Of a stretch of 64,000 nt of DNA, positions 47,344 through 56,978 are shown piece after piece. This DNA is from Candidatus Moraniibacteriota bacterium (GTDB taxonomy: Bacteria > Patescibacteriota > Minisyncoccia > Moranbacterales > GWC2-37-73). The DNA lies in NCBI GenBank assembly GCA_035390125.1, contig DAOOTD010000002.1, forward strand, positions 105,908 to 169,907. Reading direction: 5' to 3'. The position numbers and the translations under genes are program-made. The stretch's first letter is position 1, and every line of letters begins with the position of its first letter. The notes below the pieces were generated by a model. It saw only the letters and a program-made list of their open reading frames with translations, did not search any database and was not told where the DNA came from.

Positions 47344-50300
47344 ATGGTAAAAGTTTCTGATAAACAATTAATTAGAGACAAGGAAAAAGAAACACAAACC
47401 GGGAAGCTTCTGAAAAAAATGAGTGGCCAGTCAGAAGAGGAAATCGCATCCCAGCTAGCTGCTGAATGTGGGCTTGCTTATGTCGATTTGAATATTTTTC
47501 CAGTGAGCTCAGATGACATGCGTTCTATTAGTGAAGAAGAATCAAGGAGGTACAAAATGATAGTTTTTCAGAAAGCTGGCAAAGAACACAGAATCGGGGT
47601 TGTCAATCCTACGAGTCAAGAAACCATATCTTTTATAGAAAAACTTAAAAATGAAAACGGATGGTTAATTCATTTGTATGTTATTTCGAATTCTTCTTTT
47701 AATAAAATATGGAAAAGATATGCTGCTATACCTTTTCTGGAAAACCTGGAATCAATGCAGATATCTCTCAGTGGCAAAGATTTAGATGATTTTGATAAAG
47801 AATTTGGAAATTTACTCGAATTAAAGAAACGTATAAATGAAATTCCCACTTCTCAGATAATTTCTATAATCATGGCAGGGTCCGTAAAGATGAAGGCAAG
47901 TGACATACATTTTGAACCGGGTGAACAAGAAGTACGTATGAGATTTCGCATAGATGGAGAACTTCAGGATATAGCTAGTTTTCCATTAGACACTTATCAT
48001 TTCATTTTGTCACGTATAAAAATGATGGGTAAAATGAAAATAAATGTACGTGATATTGCACAAGATGGCCATTTTTCTGTTGATATAGAAAATGGCAAAA
48101 TAAATGTAAGAACCAATATAATTCCCGGAAATCACGGAGAGTCAATAGTTATGCGTATTTTGAGTCAGGCTGACATAATGTTGGGAATTGAAGATTTGGG
48201 ATTGAGGGGATTAGCCTATGAACGGTTACAAAAGGAAGTTTCAAAACCGCATGGCATGATTTTAACAACAGGGCCTACTGGCAGTGGAAAGACTACGACC
48301 CTTTATGCTCTTGTTAATAAGCTCAACACCGCAGGAGTTAAAATTATAACAATCGAGGATCCAATTGAATATGAAGTTAAAAATATCTCTCAAACTCAGG
48401 TTGAAAAAGGAAGAAGCTATACTTTCGCAGAAGGGCTCAGAGCCATTGTACGTCAAGATCCAGACGTTATTTTAGTAGGTGAAATCCGTGATGATGAAAC
48501 AGCAGATATAGCTGTTAATGCAGCTTTAACCGGTCACCTTGTTCTTTCTACATTGCATACAAACAATGCCCCGGCATCAATACCAAGGTTTGTAGAGCTT
48601 GGTATAAAACCTAATTTAATATCACCTTCAGTGAATGCATTTATTGCGCAAAGGCTTGTACGCAAGCTTTGTCCACATTGCAGAGAAGAATATGCTCCGG
48701 CGCGTGAAACAATCGATTCTATTAAAAAGATTCTTTCTATAATTTCACCTAAGGCAAAAGTAGAAATACCAAAAACAGTTGAAAAACTATATCGTCCAGT
48801 CGGATGTTCTAAATGCCACAATATTGGATTTAAAGGACGCATTGGAATCTTCGAGATCTTAACGATAACCGAACCAATAGAAAAACTTATTTTGGAAATG
48901 GGTAGTGAAAGGGAAATAACACAGGCTGCGCTGGAAGATGGAATGATAACAATGGCGCAGGATGGAATTTTAAAAGCTATCGAAGGACTGACTTCCATGG
49001 AAGAGGTTTGGCATGCAACAGGCCAGACAGAATTTCTTGAAGAAATATATACAAAATTAATGGAGCAGTCGCTATCCAGGTCAGTTGAAATTCACGAAGA
49101 AGATCTGAAACTAGTTTCAGAAAACATGACCTCAATTGAATCTTTAGGTAAATTCTTACAAAACTCCAATCAAAAAGAAGTGGCTAATTATATTTTTGCT
49201 AGCAGTTTATTACTTAATGTTGGAGATATACACATAGAACCCGAAGAAAAAGTAGTAAAAATAAGATACAGAATGGACGGAATTTTGCAAACAATTGCAG
49301 AAATTCCAATTAACGAGTATCCCAGTTTGTTGGGAAATATAAAATTTTTAAGCGGATTCTCTTCTGAAATAAGGGGAGGAGTCATGGATAGTCGTTTTAC
49401 TATTGCATTAGAAAAACCATATAAAAATATAACTGAAACAAAAGTAGATGTTCGTGTATCAATAATACTTGGGGGGTATGGAGAGACAGTCGTTATGAGG
49501 CTTCTAAATAAATCATCTGTTGCTCTTGATTTAGAGAAACTCGGTATTCGCAAGCAAAACATGGAAAAAATAATTGAAGAGACGAGAAAACCAAACGGAA
49601 TATTTTTAAACACAGGGCCTACAGGATCCGGCAAGACCACGACACTTTATAGCATTATGAAGATTTTAAATAAACCTGAAGTGAAAATAATAAGCGTTGA
49701 AGATCCGATTGAATATCAGCTAGAAGGTATACTTCAAACTTCTGTTAATGATAATGAAGGATATACTTTTGGCACCGCTTTGCGCGCGCTTCTGCGTCAA
49801 AATCCCGACATTATGATGATTGGTGAAATTCGCGATGAAGAAACAGCCAATATAGCAGTTCAAGCTGCTCTGACTGGGCACTCTATCCTTTCTACTCTAC
49901 ATACAAATAATGCGGCTGGTTCTATACAACGTTTAATTAATATGGGAGTACGTAGTGATGATTTAGCAACAGCTGTCAATGCTTTGATGGCGCAAAGGCT
50001 TGTGCGTAAGCTTTGTGATTGCAAAACAAAAAGACAAATGACGGAAGAAGAAAAGAATAAAGTCAAAAAAATACTTCAGAACGTGTCTGACAAATCTGGA
50101 GTGGCTATTCCACCAATAGAAAGTGTTTATGAACCAAAAGGCTGTGATAAATGTAATGGCGTAGGATATAAAGGCAGAACAACAATAAGCGAGGTTTTTG
50201 TAATCGATCGAGACATAGAAGAATTGATTATGCAAAGCGCTTCCGCCACACAGCTTCAAGATAAAGCAGTGGAAAATGGAATGATAACAATGGAACAAGA

Positions 50301-50361
50301 TGGAATTTTAAAAGTTCTGGAAGGCGAAACAACTTTTGATGAAGTGGACAGGGTAGTATAG
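47344..50361 (+). CDS. GspE/PilB-family ATPase with two tandem ATPase domains
   Basis: GPTGSGKTTTLY, EDPIEY, RQ(D/N)PD...GEIRD and STLHTN each occur twice. Confidence 0.92.
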   Translation: MVKVSDKQLIRDKEKETQTGKLLKKMSGQSEEEIASQLAAECGLAYVDLNIFPVSSDDMRSISEEESRRYKMIVFQKAGKEHRIGVVNPTSQETISFIEKLKNENGWLIHLYVISNSSFNKIWKRYAAIPFLENLESMQISLSGKDLDDFDKEFGNLLELKKRINEIPTSQIISIIMAGSVKMKASDIHFEPGEQEVRMRFRIDGELQDIASFPLDTYHFILSRIKMMGKMKINVRDIAQDGHFSVDIENGKINVRTNIIPGNHGESIVMRILSQADIMLGIEDLGLRGLAYERLQKEVSKPHGMILTTGPTGSGKTTTLYALVNKLNTAGVKIITIEDPIEYEVKNISQTQVEKGRSYTFAEGLRAIVRQDPDVILVGEIRDDETADIAVNAALTGHLVLSTLHTNNAPASIPRFVELGIKPNLISPSVNAFIAQRLVRKLCPHCREEYAPARETIDSIKKILSIISPKAKVEIPKTVEKLYRPVGCSKCHNIGFKGRIGIFEILTITEPIEKLILEMGSEREITQAALEDGMITMAQDGILKAIEGLTSMEEVWHATGQTEFLEEIYTKLMEQSLSRSVEIHEEDLKLVSENMTSIESLGKFLQNSNQKEVANYIFASSLLLNVGDIHIEPEEKVVKIRYRMDGILQTIAEIPINEYPSLLGNIKFLSGFSSEIRGGVMDSRFTIALEKPYKNITETKVDVRVSIILGGYGETVVMRLLNKSSVALDLEKLGIRKQNMEKIIEETRKPNGIFLNTGPTGSGKTTTLYSIMKILNKPEVKIISVEDPIEYQLEGILQTSVNDNEGYTFGTALRALLRQNPDIMMIGEIRDEETANIAVQAALTGHSILSTLHTNNAAGSIQRLINMGVRSDDLATAVNALMAQRLVRKLCDCKTKRQMTEEEKNKVKKILQNVSDKSGVAIPPIESVYEPKGCDKCNGVGYKGRTTISEVFVIDRDIEELIMQSASATQLQDKAVENGMITMEQDGILKVLEGETTFDEVDRVV

Positions 50362-50430
50362 ATAGCTTTTTAGGCGTTAGCTTCATTAGCTTTTTAGAAA
50401 ATATAAAATACAATTTTTTCGACAATTTTA

Positions 50431-50508
50431 AAAGGCAGGGATTTTTCAATCATCTGCCTTTTTTAAGCATAAAAGATTTAAGGCAGGGCGAATATCTCGC
50501 TCTGCCTT
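50431..50508. terminator. Two adjacent GGCAG...CTGCC hairpins between convergent genes
   Basis: Stems at 50431-50461 and 50480-50508. Confidence 0.7.
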
Positions 50509-50512
50509 TGTT

Positions 50513-50833
50513 CTACTTGGTAGGTTCAGCCCAGGTTGGGTTAAATGATCCTCTCCGTTCGACAAATTGGATATATCCAGACTTGCCGATGGATTTTATG
50601 GTCATTGGAGATTTCTCTCCTTTGATATTTACTTTCATTCCGGGAGCCAGAGCTTTCTCCTTGACGGAAGAGAGTCTGAAATTTTCTCCTTTTTCTTTTC
50701 TCTCTCGGTCTATTTTCACGTCAATGATCCTCCTAATTGAGTTCATCTCCTTTCGACTCCGTTCTTTCTTAAAATCAAATCCGGGCATGAACTTCCGGAT
50801 TATATTTTTGTATCCCTCATTTGTAAATATCAT
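50513..50833 (-). CDS. Small basic protein, possible C-terminal SH3-like beta-barrel
   Basis: GGGAGGGGG SD; K/R-rich; LAPGMKVNIKGEKSPMTIKSI. Confidence 0.6.
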   Translation of the reverse strand: MIFTNEGYKNIIRKFMPGFDFKKERSRKEMNSIRRIIDVKIDRERKEKGENFRLSSVKEKALAPGMKVNIKGEKSPMTIKSIGKSGYIQFVERRGSFNPTWAEPTK

Positions 50834-50846
50834 TTTCTCCCCCTCC

Positions 50847-51027
50847 CTTGTTTTTTGTTTTTATTGATCTGTAGACAAGTCCCAAAAGACGGATCCTTCG
50901 GGGAAGGAACAGTGTCGAGGAACTCCGCAGCCGAAACCGCAAAGCCCATATCTTGGCAAAAAAGTTCCCAAATTGAGGACAAAAGATAGAAGCCCCCAAC
51001 TGCCTACAGGTCAATAAAAACAACAAG
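50847..51027 (-). ncRNA. Candidate ~180-nt rod-shaped RNA (6S-like)
   Basis: About 25-bp terminal inverted repeat, central bubble and apical stem; promoter directly upstream. Confidence 0.5.
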
Positions 51028-51054
51028 AGATAAGTATTTTTTCGTTGATTTTAG

Positions 51055-51083
51055 AGTTTAGCACAGCTTTGTTTTTTTGTCAA
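51055..51083 (-). promoter_or_regulatory. Sigma70-type promoter
   Basis: TTGACA-N17-TAAACT with extended TG. Confidence 0.7.
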
Positions 51084-51264
51084 CTCCACGCTAAATTTTG
51101 TAATCATGGTATAATATTAACGGAAATGTCGAAAACTTGGTTTAGGGGTCAAGCCGTGCTAAAATAAACTTATAGAAAGCGAAAATTAGCGTAAAAGGCA
51201 ATAAGATAGCTTACTATAACTATACTATATAATACGCCAGAATAAGTGATTTTTTTCAAAATAT

Positions 51265-52275
51265 ATGATTACAACCTCAAATGAGCAGGAAGAGGACAAA
51301 AATTTAGATACGACACTTCGTCCACAGAGACTTTCGGAATATGTAGGACAACAGAAAATTCGCAAAAATCTGCAAATGTTCCTTGATGCTGCCAAGAAAA
51401 GAGGAGAACCAATCGAACATGTTTTATTATATGGACCAGCTGGGTTAGGAAAAACTACTTTGGCGCATATTATTGCCAATGAAATGGGAGTAAAAATAAG
51501 AGTAACATCTGGTCCTGCTATTGAAAAAGTAGGAGACTTAGGATCAATACTGACAAATTTACAGGATGGCGACGTTCTTTTCATTGATGAAATACACAGG
51601 TTAAATAAGCTTATCGAAGAAGTTCTTTATCCTGCTATGGAAGACTATAAGCTGGATGTGATTATTGGTAAGGGTCCTTCTGCCAGGACATTGCAGCTTG
51701 ATCTTCCAAAATTCACTCTTATCGGAGCAACAACTAAGCTTGGATCAATTTCGAATCCACTCCGAAACAGATTTGGAGCTATCCATCGCTTGGAATTTTA
51801 CGACGAAGATGAGATGAAGCAGATTATTAATCGTAGCGGAAAAATATTGGGTGTGAACATAGATGAAAGCGGTGCTAAAGAAATAGCTAAATCCAGCCGC
51901 CGGACGCCACGTGTAGGCAACAGGATGATAAAAAGAGTGCGTGACTTTGCCCAAATAAAAGATCATAAAATAATAGATTCAATTGTGGCAAGAAAGGCTT
52001 TAGCTATGATGGAAATAGATGAATTGGGTTTGGAACCGACCGACCGTCACATCTTAGAAACTATCATAAAAAAATTTAACGGTGGCCCGGTAGGCATACA
52101 AACAATTGCAGCGGCTACATCTGAAGAAATTGAAACTATAGAAGATGTTTATGAACCATTTTTAATCCAGCTAGGATTTTTAGCCCGTACGCCCAGAGGA
52201 AGGATAGCAACTAATCTGGCTTATGAACATTTAGGTTTTCCTATCCCAAAAGATAGTCAAGAAAAATTGCTTTAA
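51265..52275 (+). CDS. ruvB: Holliday junction branch migration helicase RuvB
   Basis: [35 protein letters not shown]. Confidence 0.97.
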   Translation: MITTSNEQEEDKNLDTTLRPQRLSEYVGQQKIRKNLQMFLDAAKKRGEPIEHVLLYGPAGLGKTTLAHIIANEMGVKIRVTSGPAIEKVGDLGSILTNLQDGDVLFIDEIHRLNKLIEEVLYPAMEDYKLDVIIGKGPSARTLQLDLPKFTLIGATTKLGSISNPLRNRFGAIHRLEFYDEDEMKQIINRSGKILGVNIDESGAKEIAKSSRRTPRVGNRMIKRVRDFAQIKDHKIIDSIVARKALAMMEIDELGLEPTDRHILETIIKKFNGGPVGIQTIAAATSEEIETIEDVYEPFLIQLGFLARTPRGRIATNLAYEHLGFPIPKDSQEKLL

Positions 52276-52330
52276 TTTTCTTTATTTTTGGTGAAAAATA
52301 ATATATAATAACTTTATAAATTGTTAAATT

Positions 52331-52552
52331 ATGATTGCAATTTTTCAGATATTATATTTTCTTGTCTTTTTCGTTATGTTTTTAATGAGTATTTTTATCG
52401 TTTTTCATATTGTTTTTTATTCATATACCCAGGTCTCTAAAATAATAACACTTGTAATATTTGTTCCAGTGTCAGCGGTCCTTTTATTTACAAATCTTGC
52501 ATTGTTTTTTTCAATACCGCTCGAAAATGTTTTTTCAGATATTATAAAATAG
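52331..52552 (+). CDS. Small two-TM membrane protein
   Basis: 73 aa with two hydrophobic helices. Confidence 0.6.
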   Translation: MIAIFQILYFLVFFVMFLMSIFIVFHIVFYSYTQVSKIITLVIFVPVSAVLLFTNLALFFSIPLENVFSDIIK

Positions 52553-52594
52553 TTTTTTATTCAAATTAACAAATATTTTTTTAAATTTTCCATT

Positions 52595-53164
52595 ATGGAT
52601 GGATTTCCAAAATATAATTTTAAAGATTTACGTCAAGATGAAAAAATTATCAAAGTTCTTCACCGCAACTGGTTTTATCTTTTTCAGCAATTCTTCATTT
52701 TAATTCTAGTAGCGTCTGCTTTTGTGGCTAGTTCTTTTTTTGCTCCTGTTTTTTTTCCAAACTTTCTTGAAAAAGTTGACAAATCAGTCATTCTTTTTGC
52801 TCAAAATTTTTTTATACTTGCAATTTGGCTTTATGGATTCATGATTTGGATAGATTATTATTTCGATATTTGGATAATAACATCTGAGCGGATTATAAAT
52901 ATAGAACAAAAAGGGATGTTTTCCCGTGAAGTTAGTGAACTTAGATTCCAAAAAATCCAGGATGTTACCACGAAAGTTGTTGGATTCATACCTACTGTTC
53001 TTAATTACGGTGATGTAAGAGTTCAAACAGCAGGAGAAGAAAGGGAATTTATTTTTCTTACGATTTCTAATCCATATGATATTAAAAATCTTATAATGAG
53101 CTTGCAAAAGCAGTGTGAAGAACATTCCAAAAATGAAATAGAGGAAATGCTCAAAGCAAATTAG
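52595..53164 (+). CDS. Membrane protein with a bacterial PH domain
   Basis: WIITSERII, KIQDV, LNYGDVRVQTAG. Confidence 0.8.
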   Translation: MDGFPKYNFKDLRQDEKIIKVLHRNWFYLFQQFFILILVASAFVASSFFAPVFFPNFLEKVDKSVILFAQNFFILAIWLYGFMIWIDYYFDIWIITSERIINIEQKGMFSREVSELRFQKIQDVTTKVVGFIPTVLNYGDVRVQTAGEEREFIFLTISNPYDIKNLIMSLQKQCEEHSKNEIEEMLKAN

Positions 53165-53188
53165 GAAAGTAAACTGAATAAAATTCGG

Positions 53189-55132
53189 GTGAAAACAAAA
53201 AGAAAAATAAAAATAGCATATTTTTTTTGCATACTGCTAATTATACCGGCAGCTTTTTTTGTTTTTAATTATTCATGTTTTGCCAACGAAAATCCTATAA
53301 TAAGCGCTGTGCAAACTAAAGGAAATAATGCCAACGATGATTTCATAGAAATATATAATCCAAGTTGTAATGACATTAATATCTCCGATTGGAAAATAAT
53401 AAAAAGAACGGCTTCTGGAACCGAATCATCAATAAAGGTTATAAGTCATGGAACAGTTATTAAAGCAAAAAGCTATTTTCTCTGGAGCAATTCAGGATTT
53501 TCTGAAACAGTACGAGCTGATCAGTCAACAGTATCTATCTTATCGGATAACTATAGCATTGCCTTATTTAATGACGATAAAATTACTGATTCAATAACCT
53601 GGGGAATTAATTCAAATCCATTTTTTGGGAGCTATTTTTATTCTGAAAACTTACTTAAATCCCAAGTTCTTAAAAAAGATGCGGATGGTGATTTTTCAAC
53701 GGAGATAAATTATTTACCTAAAAACTCTTCAATTGTAAATGAAGCAGAATTGTCTTTATGCAAAAAAGAAGATCCTGTGTCTGTTGAATATTCAAATAAG
53801 CTTCAAATTAGTGAGTTATTGCCTAATCCAGAAGACGGTGATGAAGAATATATTGAATTTTACAATAATTCGGATGAAAAAATTAATCTTAAGGGTTGGT
53901 CTTTACATGACGCATCAAAATCAGGCGAATATGTTTTTTTATCAGCCGATTACATGGAGCCGGAAGAATATTTTGTAATTTATAAATCAGATTTTAAATT
54001 TGCGCTAAACAATAGTGGAGATGAAAATTTAGTGCTTTTTGACCCAAATAAAAAAGATATTTTTGAAGTCTCGTATTCTGGCAGTAAAAAGGGTATTTCA
54101 TATAGCTTTGATGGGAATGAATGGCATTGGAGCAAGTTTCTGACTCCGGGAGAAGAAAATAAATTTGAAAAAATTCACAAGGGAAAGCCGGATATTGACG
54201 AAAATATATATGTGAATGTGTATGCTAATTTTAAAATTGGTAGACTTTCCAAAAAAGCTAAAGTGACATGGGACTTTGGAGACGGACATAAGAGCTATCT
54301 TAAAAAAACAAAACATAAATATAAAAAAGCTGGAAAATATGAAGGCAGTGTAAAATATTCAGAGGGCAGCGAAGACAGGATAGAAAAATTTACTATAGAA
54401 GTCGTGAAAATGAAACATCCGGAAGTTAAAATTATTTCGGTTAATGCTAATCCCATAGGTAGCGATACGGAAAATGAAACTATTACGGTAGAGAACAAAT
54501 CTAAGAAGAAAATAAACCTCAATGGCTGGAGTATAGCGACGGGCTGGAAAAAACTCATTAATCATCCTATTTCGATCGATTTTGAAATTAAAGCTGGAAA
54601 AAGCAGAGAAATTACCCGTGAAATTTCCAAATTTACTTTGAATAATACGAAAAACGAAATAGAACTTCGCTATCCGGACGGAAAAGTTGCCTATGATTTA
54701 AAATATAAAAAGAAAAATGACTCTATTAAGGAAGGAGAAATTTATACAAAAAGTAAAGGCGGATGGATATGGGTTGGTAGTAATAAGCAGGTAGAAAGCA
54801 GTAATCAGGAAGCAATAAATAGCGAGCAGGAAGATATAAATATAAATGGAAGTGATGATATGGAAAATATTTCAGAAGCAGATATTATTTCAAAGCCGAT
54901 GTTTGAAAGAGAAAATAAATTGGTTTCAAACAATAAAAAAATATTCAAAATAGAATTATCAAATAATTATCCGCGTGTTTTAGGCGAAGAAACAGTCAGA
55001 GAAATTGATGGTACTTATTTTTTCACGGCAGAACTACCAAGGCAATCTCATTACATGATTATTTTTATAAAAGATTTATTTACGGTAATAAATTTAAAAT
55101 TAAATTTTATAATAAACTTTTTCCTAAACTGA
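53189..55132 (+). CDS. Secreted protein with three lamin-tail domains and a PKD domain
   Basis: DDFIEIYNP..INISDW, ISELLPNP..EYIEFYN..NLKGW, WDFGDG, INLNGW. Confidence 0.8.
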   Translation: MKTKRKIKIAYFFCILLIIPAAFFVFNYSCFANENPIISAVQTKGNNANDDFIEIYNPSCNDINISDWKIIKRTASGTESSIKVISHGTVIKAKSYFLWSNSGFSETVRADQSTVSILSDNYSIALFNDDKITDSITWGINSNPFFGSYFYSENLLKSQVLKKDADGDFSTEINYLPKNSSIVNEAELSLCKKEDPVSVEYSNKLQISELLPNPEDGDEEYIEFYNNSDEKINLKGWSLHDASKSGEYVFLSADYMEPEEYFVIYKSDFKFALNNSGDENLVLFDPNKKDIFEVSYSGSKKGISYSFDGNEWHWSKFLTPGEENKFEKIHKGKPDIDENIYVNVYANFKIGRLSKKAKVTWDFGDGHKSYLKKTKHKYKKAGKYEGSVKYSEGSEDRIEKFTIEVVKMKHPEVKIISVNANPIGSDTENETITVENKSKKKINLNGWSIATGWKKLINHPISIDFEIKAGKSREITREISKFTLNNTKNEIELRYPDGKVAYDLKYKKKNDSIKEGEIYTKSKGGWIWVGSNKQVESSNQEAINSEQEDININGSDDMENISEADIISKPMFERENKLVSNNKKIFKIELSNNYPRVLGEETVREIDGTYFFTAELPRQSHYMIIFIKDLFTVINLKLNFIINFFLN

Positions 55133-55207
55133 AAAAAGCTTATCTAAAAAAGATGCTTTTATTTTCTCTAAGTAAAAATCATAAATAATTACGAGCTTTA
55201 CAAAAAA

Positions 55208-55242
55208 GCCCACCTTCACTTGCATAAGCTATGGCGGGCAGG
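55208..55242. repeat. REP-like imperfect palindrome
   Basis: GCCCACC...GGCGGGCAGG is GC-rich in an AT-rich spacer and shares the GGCAGG end with the rsmA insert. Confidence 0.45.
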
Positions 55243-55275
55243 ACAATAGAAGTTACGCTAAACCTTCTTGCCATA

Positions 55276-55509
55276 TTACGTGGTTATTTCATCTACTATT
55301 CTGATAAGTTCTCCAATTGAGTGCCAATTATCTTTGGGTATGTAATCGTGAGCTTTTTGGGCAAAAGAATATAAATTCATTTTTTCTCCAAAATTAAGAA
55401 ACCTTGCTTCTGAAGGCAGAAGTTTTTCGTATTCAGGCTTGATGTCATTGGGAATCCATTTAATAATTGAGTTTAAAATAGATCTTAGTCTTTCCAATTT
55501 TTCTCTCAT
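55276..55509 (-). CDS. Small hypothetical protein
   Basis: 77 aa, GAAAGGAG SD. Confidence 0.6.
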   Translation of the reverse strand: MREKLERLRSILNSIIKWIPNDIKPEYEKLLPSEARFLNFGEKMNLYSFAQKAHDYIPKDNWHSIGELIRIVDEITT

Positions 55510-55675
55510 TTTTCAACTCCTTTCTCTTTAAAATTAAAAGAACTTTTCTATTTATGTCCGTTTTAGCTTAATACAATATTTAAAACAGATTATTACAAAA
55601 TTATAAGATGTTTACCTTGAAATAGATTTTTATGAGTGATAATATTAGTTTGTATAAAATATAAAAAATAAATCT

Positions 55676-56392
55676 ATGTCCGGACATTCGCATTGGGCAG
55701 GAATCAAACAAAGAAAGGGCGTTAACGATGCCAAGAAAGCGAACGTATTTACCAAATATGGACGGCTTATTTCTATTGCCGCCAAACAAGGTGGCGGCAA
55801 TCCGGATCATAATTTTTCCTTGCGTTTAGCTATTGATCAGGCGCGGTCGGTCAATATGCCAAAAGACACCATCGAACGTGCTATTAAAAAAGGCACAGGC
55901 GAACTCAAAGATGGATCGGAAATTGAAGAAGTAATTTATGAAGGCTATGGACCAGGCAATGTGGCAATGCTGATCAAGACGGCTACTGATAATCGCAATC
56001 GGACCTTCAGTGAAATTAAAAGTTTATTCACTAAAGGGGGAGGTAAACTAGGCAGTGAAGGCAGTGTCAAATTTATGTTCAAACAAGTAGGCAGTATTGA
56101 AATCTTAAATGAAAATAGAAATTCAGATGAAATTGAAATAGCAGCTATTGAAGCTGGAGCAGAAGACATGGCTTATGAAAAAGATTTTATTATTATTTAT
56201 ACGGCCACAACGGAATTACAAAATGTCAAAGAAAGCTTAGAAAAGAATGGGATTAAAATAGAAGGTGCTGGATTGATCTATGTGCCGTTGCAAAAAATAG
56301 AACTTCTTCCTGAGGCTAAGACAGCTTATGAAAATCTTTGGGAAAAATTGGATGAGCATGATGATGTACAAGAAATTTTTGACAATCTTTAA
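55676..56392 (+). CDS. yebC: YebC/PmpR family protein
   Basis: MSGHSHWAGIK, NMPKDTIERAI, YEGYGP, TDNRNRT, DDVQ. Confidence 0.95.
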   Translation: MSGHSHWAGIKQRKGVNDAKKANVFTKYGRLISIAAKQGGGNPDHNFSLRLAIDQARSVNMPKDTIERAIKKGTGELKDGSEIEEVIYEGYGPGNVAMLIKTATDNRNRTFSEIKSLFTKGGGKLGSEGSVKFMFKQVGSIEILNENRNSDEIEIAAIEAGAEDMAYEKDFIIIYTATTELQNVKESLEKNGIKIEGAGLIYVPLQKIELLPEAKTAYENLWEKLDEHDDVQEIFDNL

Positions 56393-56403
56393 TTGTTTAT
56401 CAG

Positions 56404-56925
56404 ATGAAAAAAAAATCAAAAAATATTGAGAAATTAAGAGTTCTCGGTATCGATCCCGGATCAGCAACTGTTGGTTGGGCAGTTTTAGACGAAAAAAATG
56501 GGAATGTAGAATCTGTGGCTTATGGACACATTTCAACTTCACCCAAAAATAATACCGCAGAAAGACTTCTTGAGGTTTCTAGCGACTTAGAGCAGATAAT
56601 AAAAAAATATAAACCAGATGAAGCGTCTGTAGAAGAATTGTTTTTCTTTAAAAATGTAAAAACAGTCATGAAAGTCAGCCAGGCCAGAGGAGCTATACTC
56701 TTGACTTTGGAAAAAAATCGTGTTAACGTATGCGGTTATACTCCGCTCCAAGTCAAGCAGGCTTTAACAGGATATGGACGGGCGGAAAAAAAGCAGGTTC
56801 AATCGATGGTTAAAGAGGTATTAAAGCTTAAGAACATTCCTAAGCCAGATGATACAGCCGATGCAATTGCAATTGCTCTCTGTCATTTGAATAGTAGAAA
56901 AATGAAATCAATAAAATGTAAATAA
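56404..56925 (+). CDS. ruvC: Holliday junction resolvase RuvC
   Basis: LGIDPG, EELFF, QARG, TGYGRAEKKQV, PDDTADA. Confidence 0.96.
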   Translation: MKKKSKNIEKLRVLGIDPGSATVGWAVLDEKNGNVESVAYGHISTSPKNNTAERLLEVSSDLEQIIKKYKPDEASVEELFFFKNVKTVMKVSQARGAILLTLEKNRVNVCGYTPLQVKQALTGYGRAEKKQVQSMVKEVLKLKNIPKPDDTADAIAIALCHLNSRKMKSIKCK

Positions 56926-56978
56926 ATACGAATTTGAATTTAAAATTAATTCAAATTCCTAGAAATTAGAATAAAATT

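Noticed and set aside
50817-51026. 69-aa minus-strand ORF with TTG start
   Set aside because: It has no SD, unusual composition, and coincides with the inverted-repeat RNA structure
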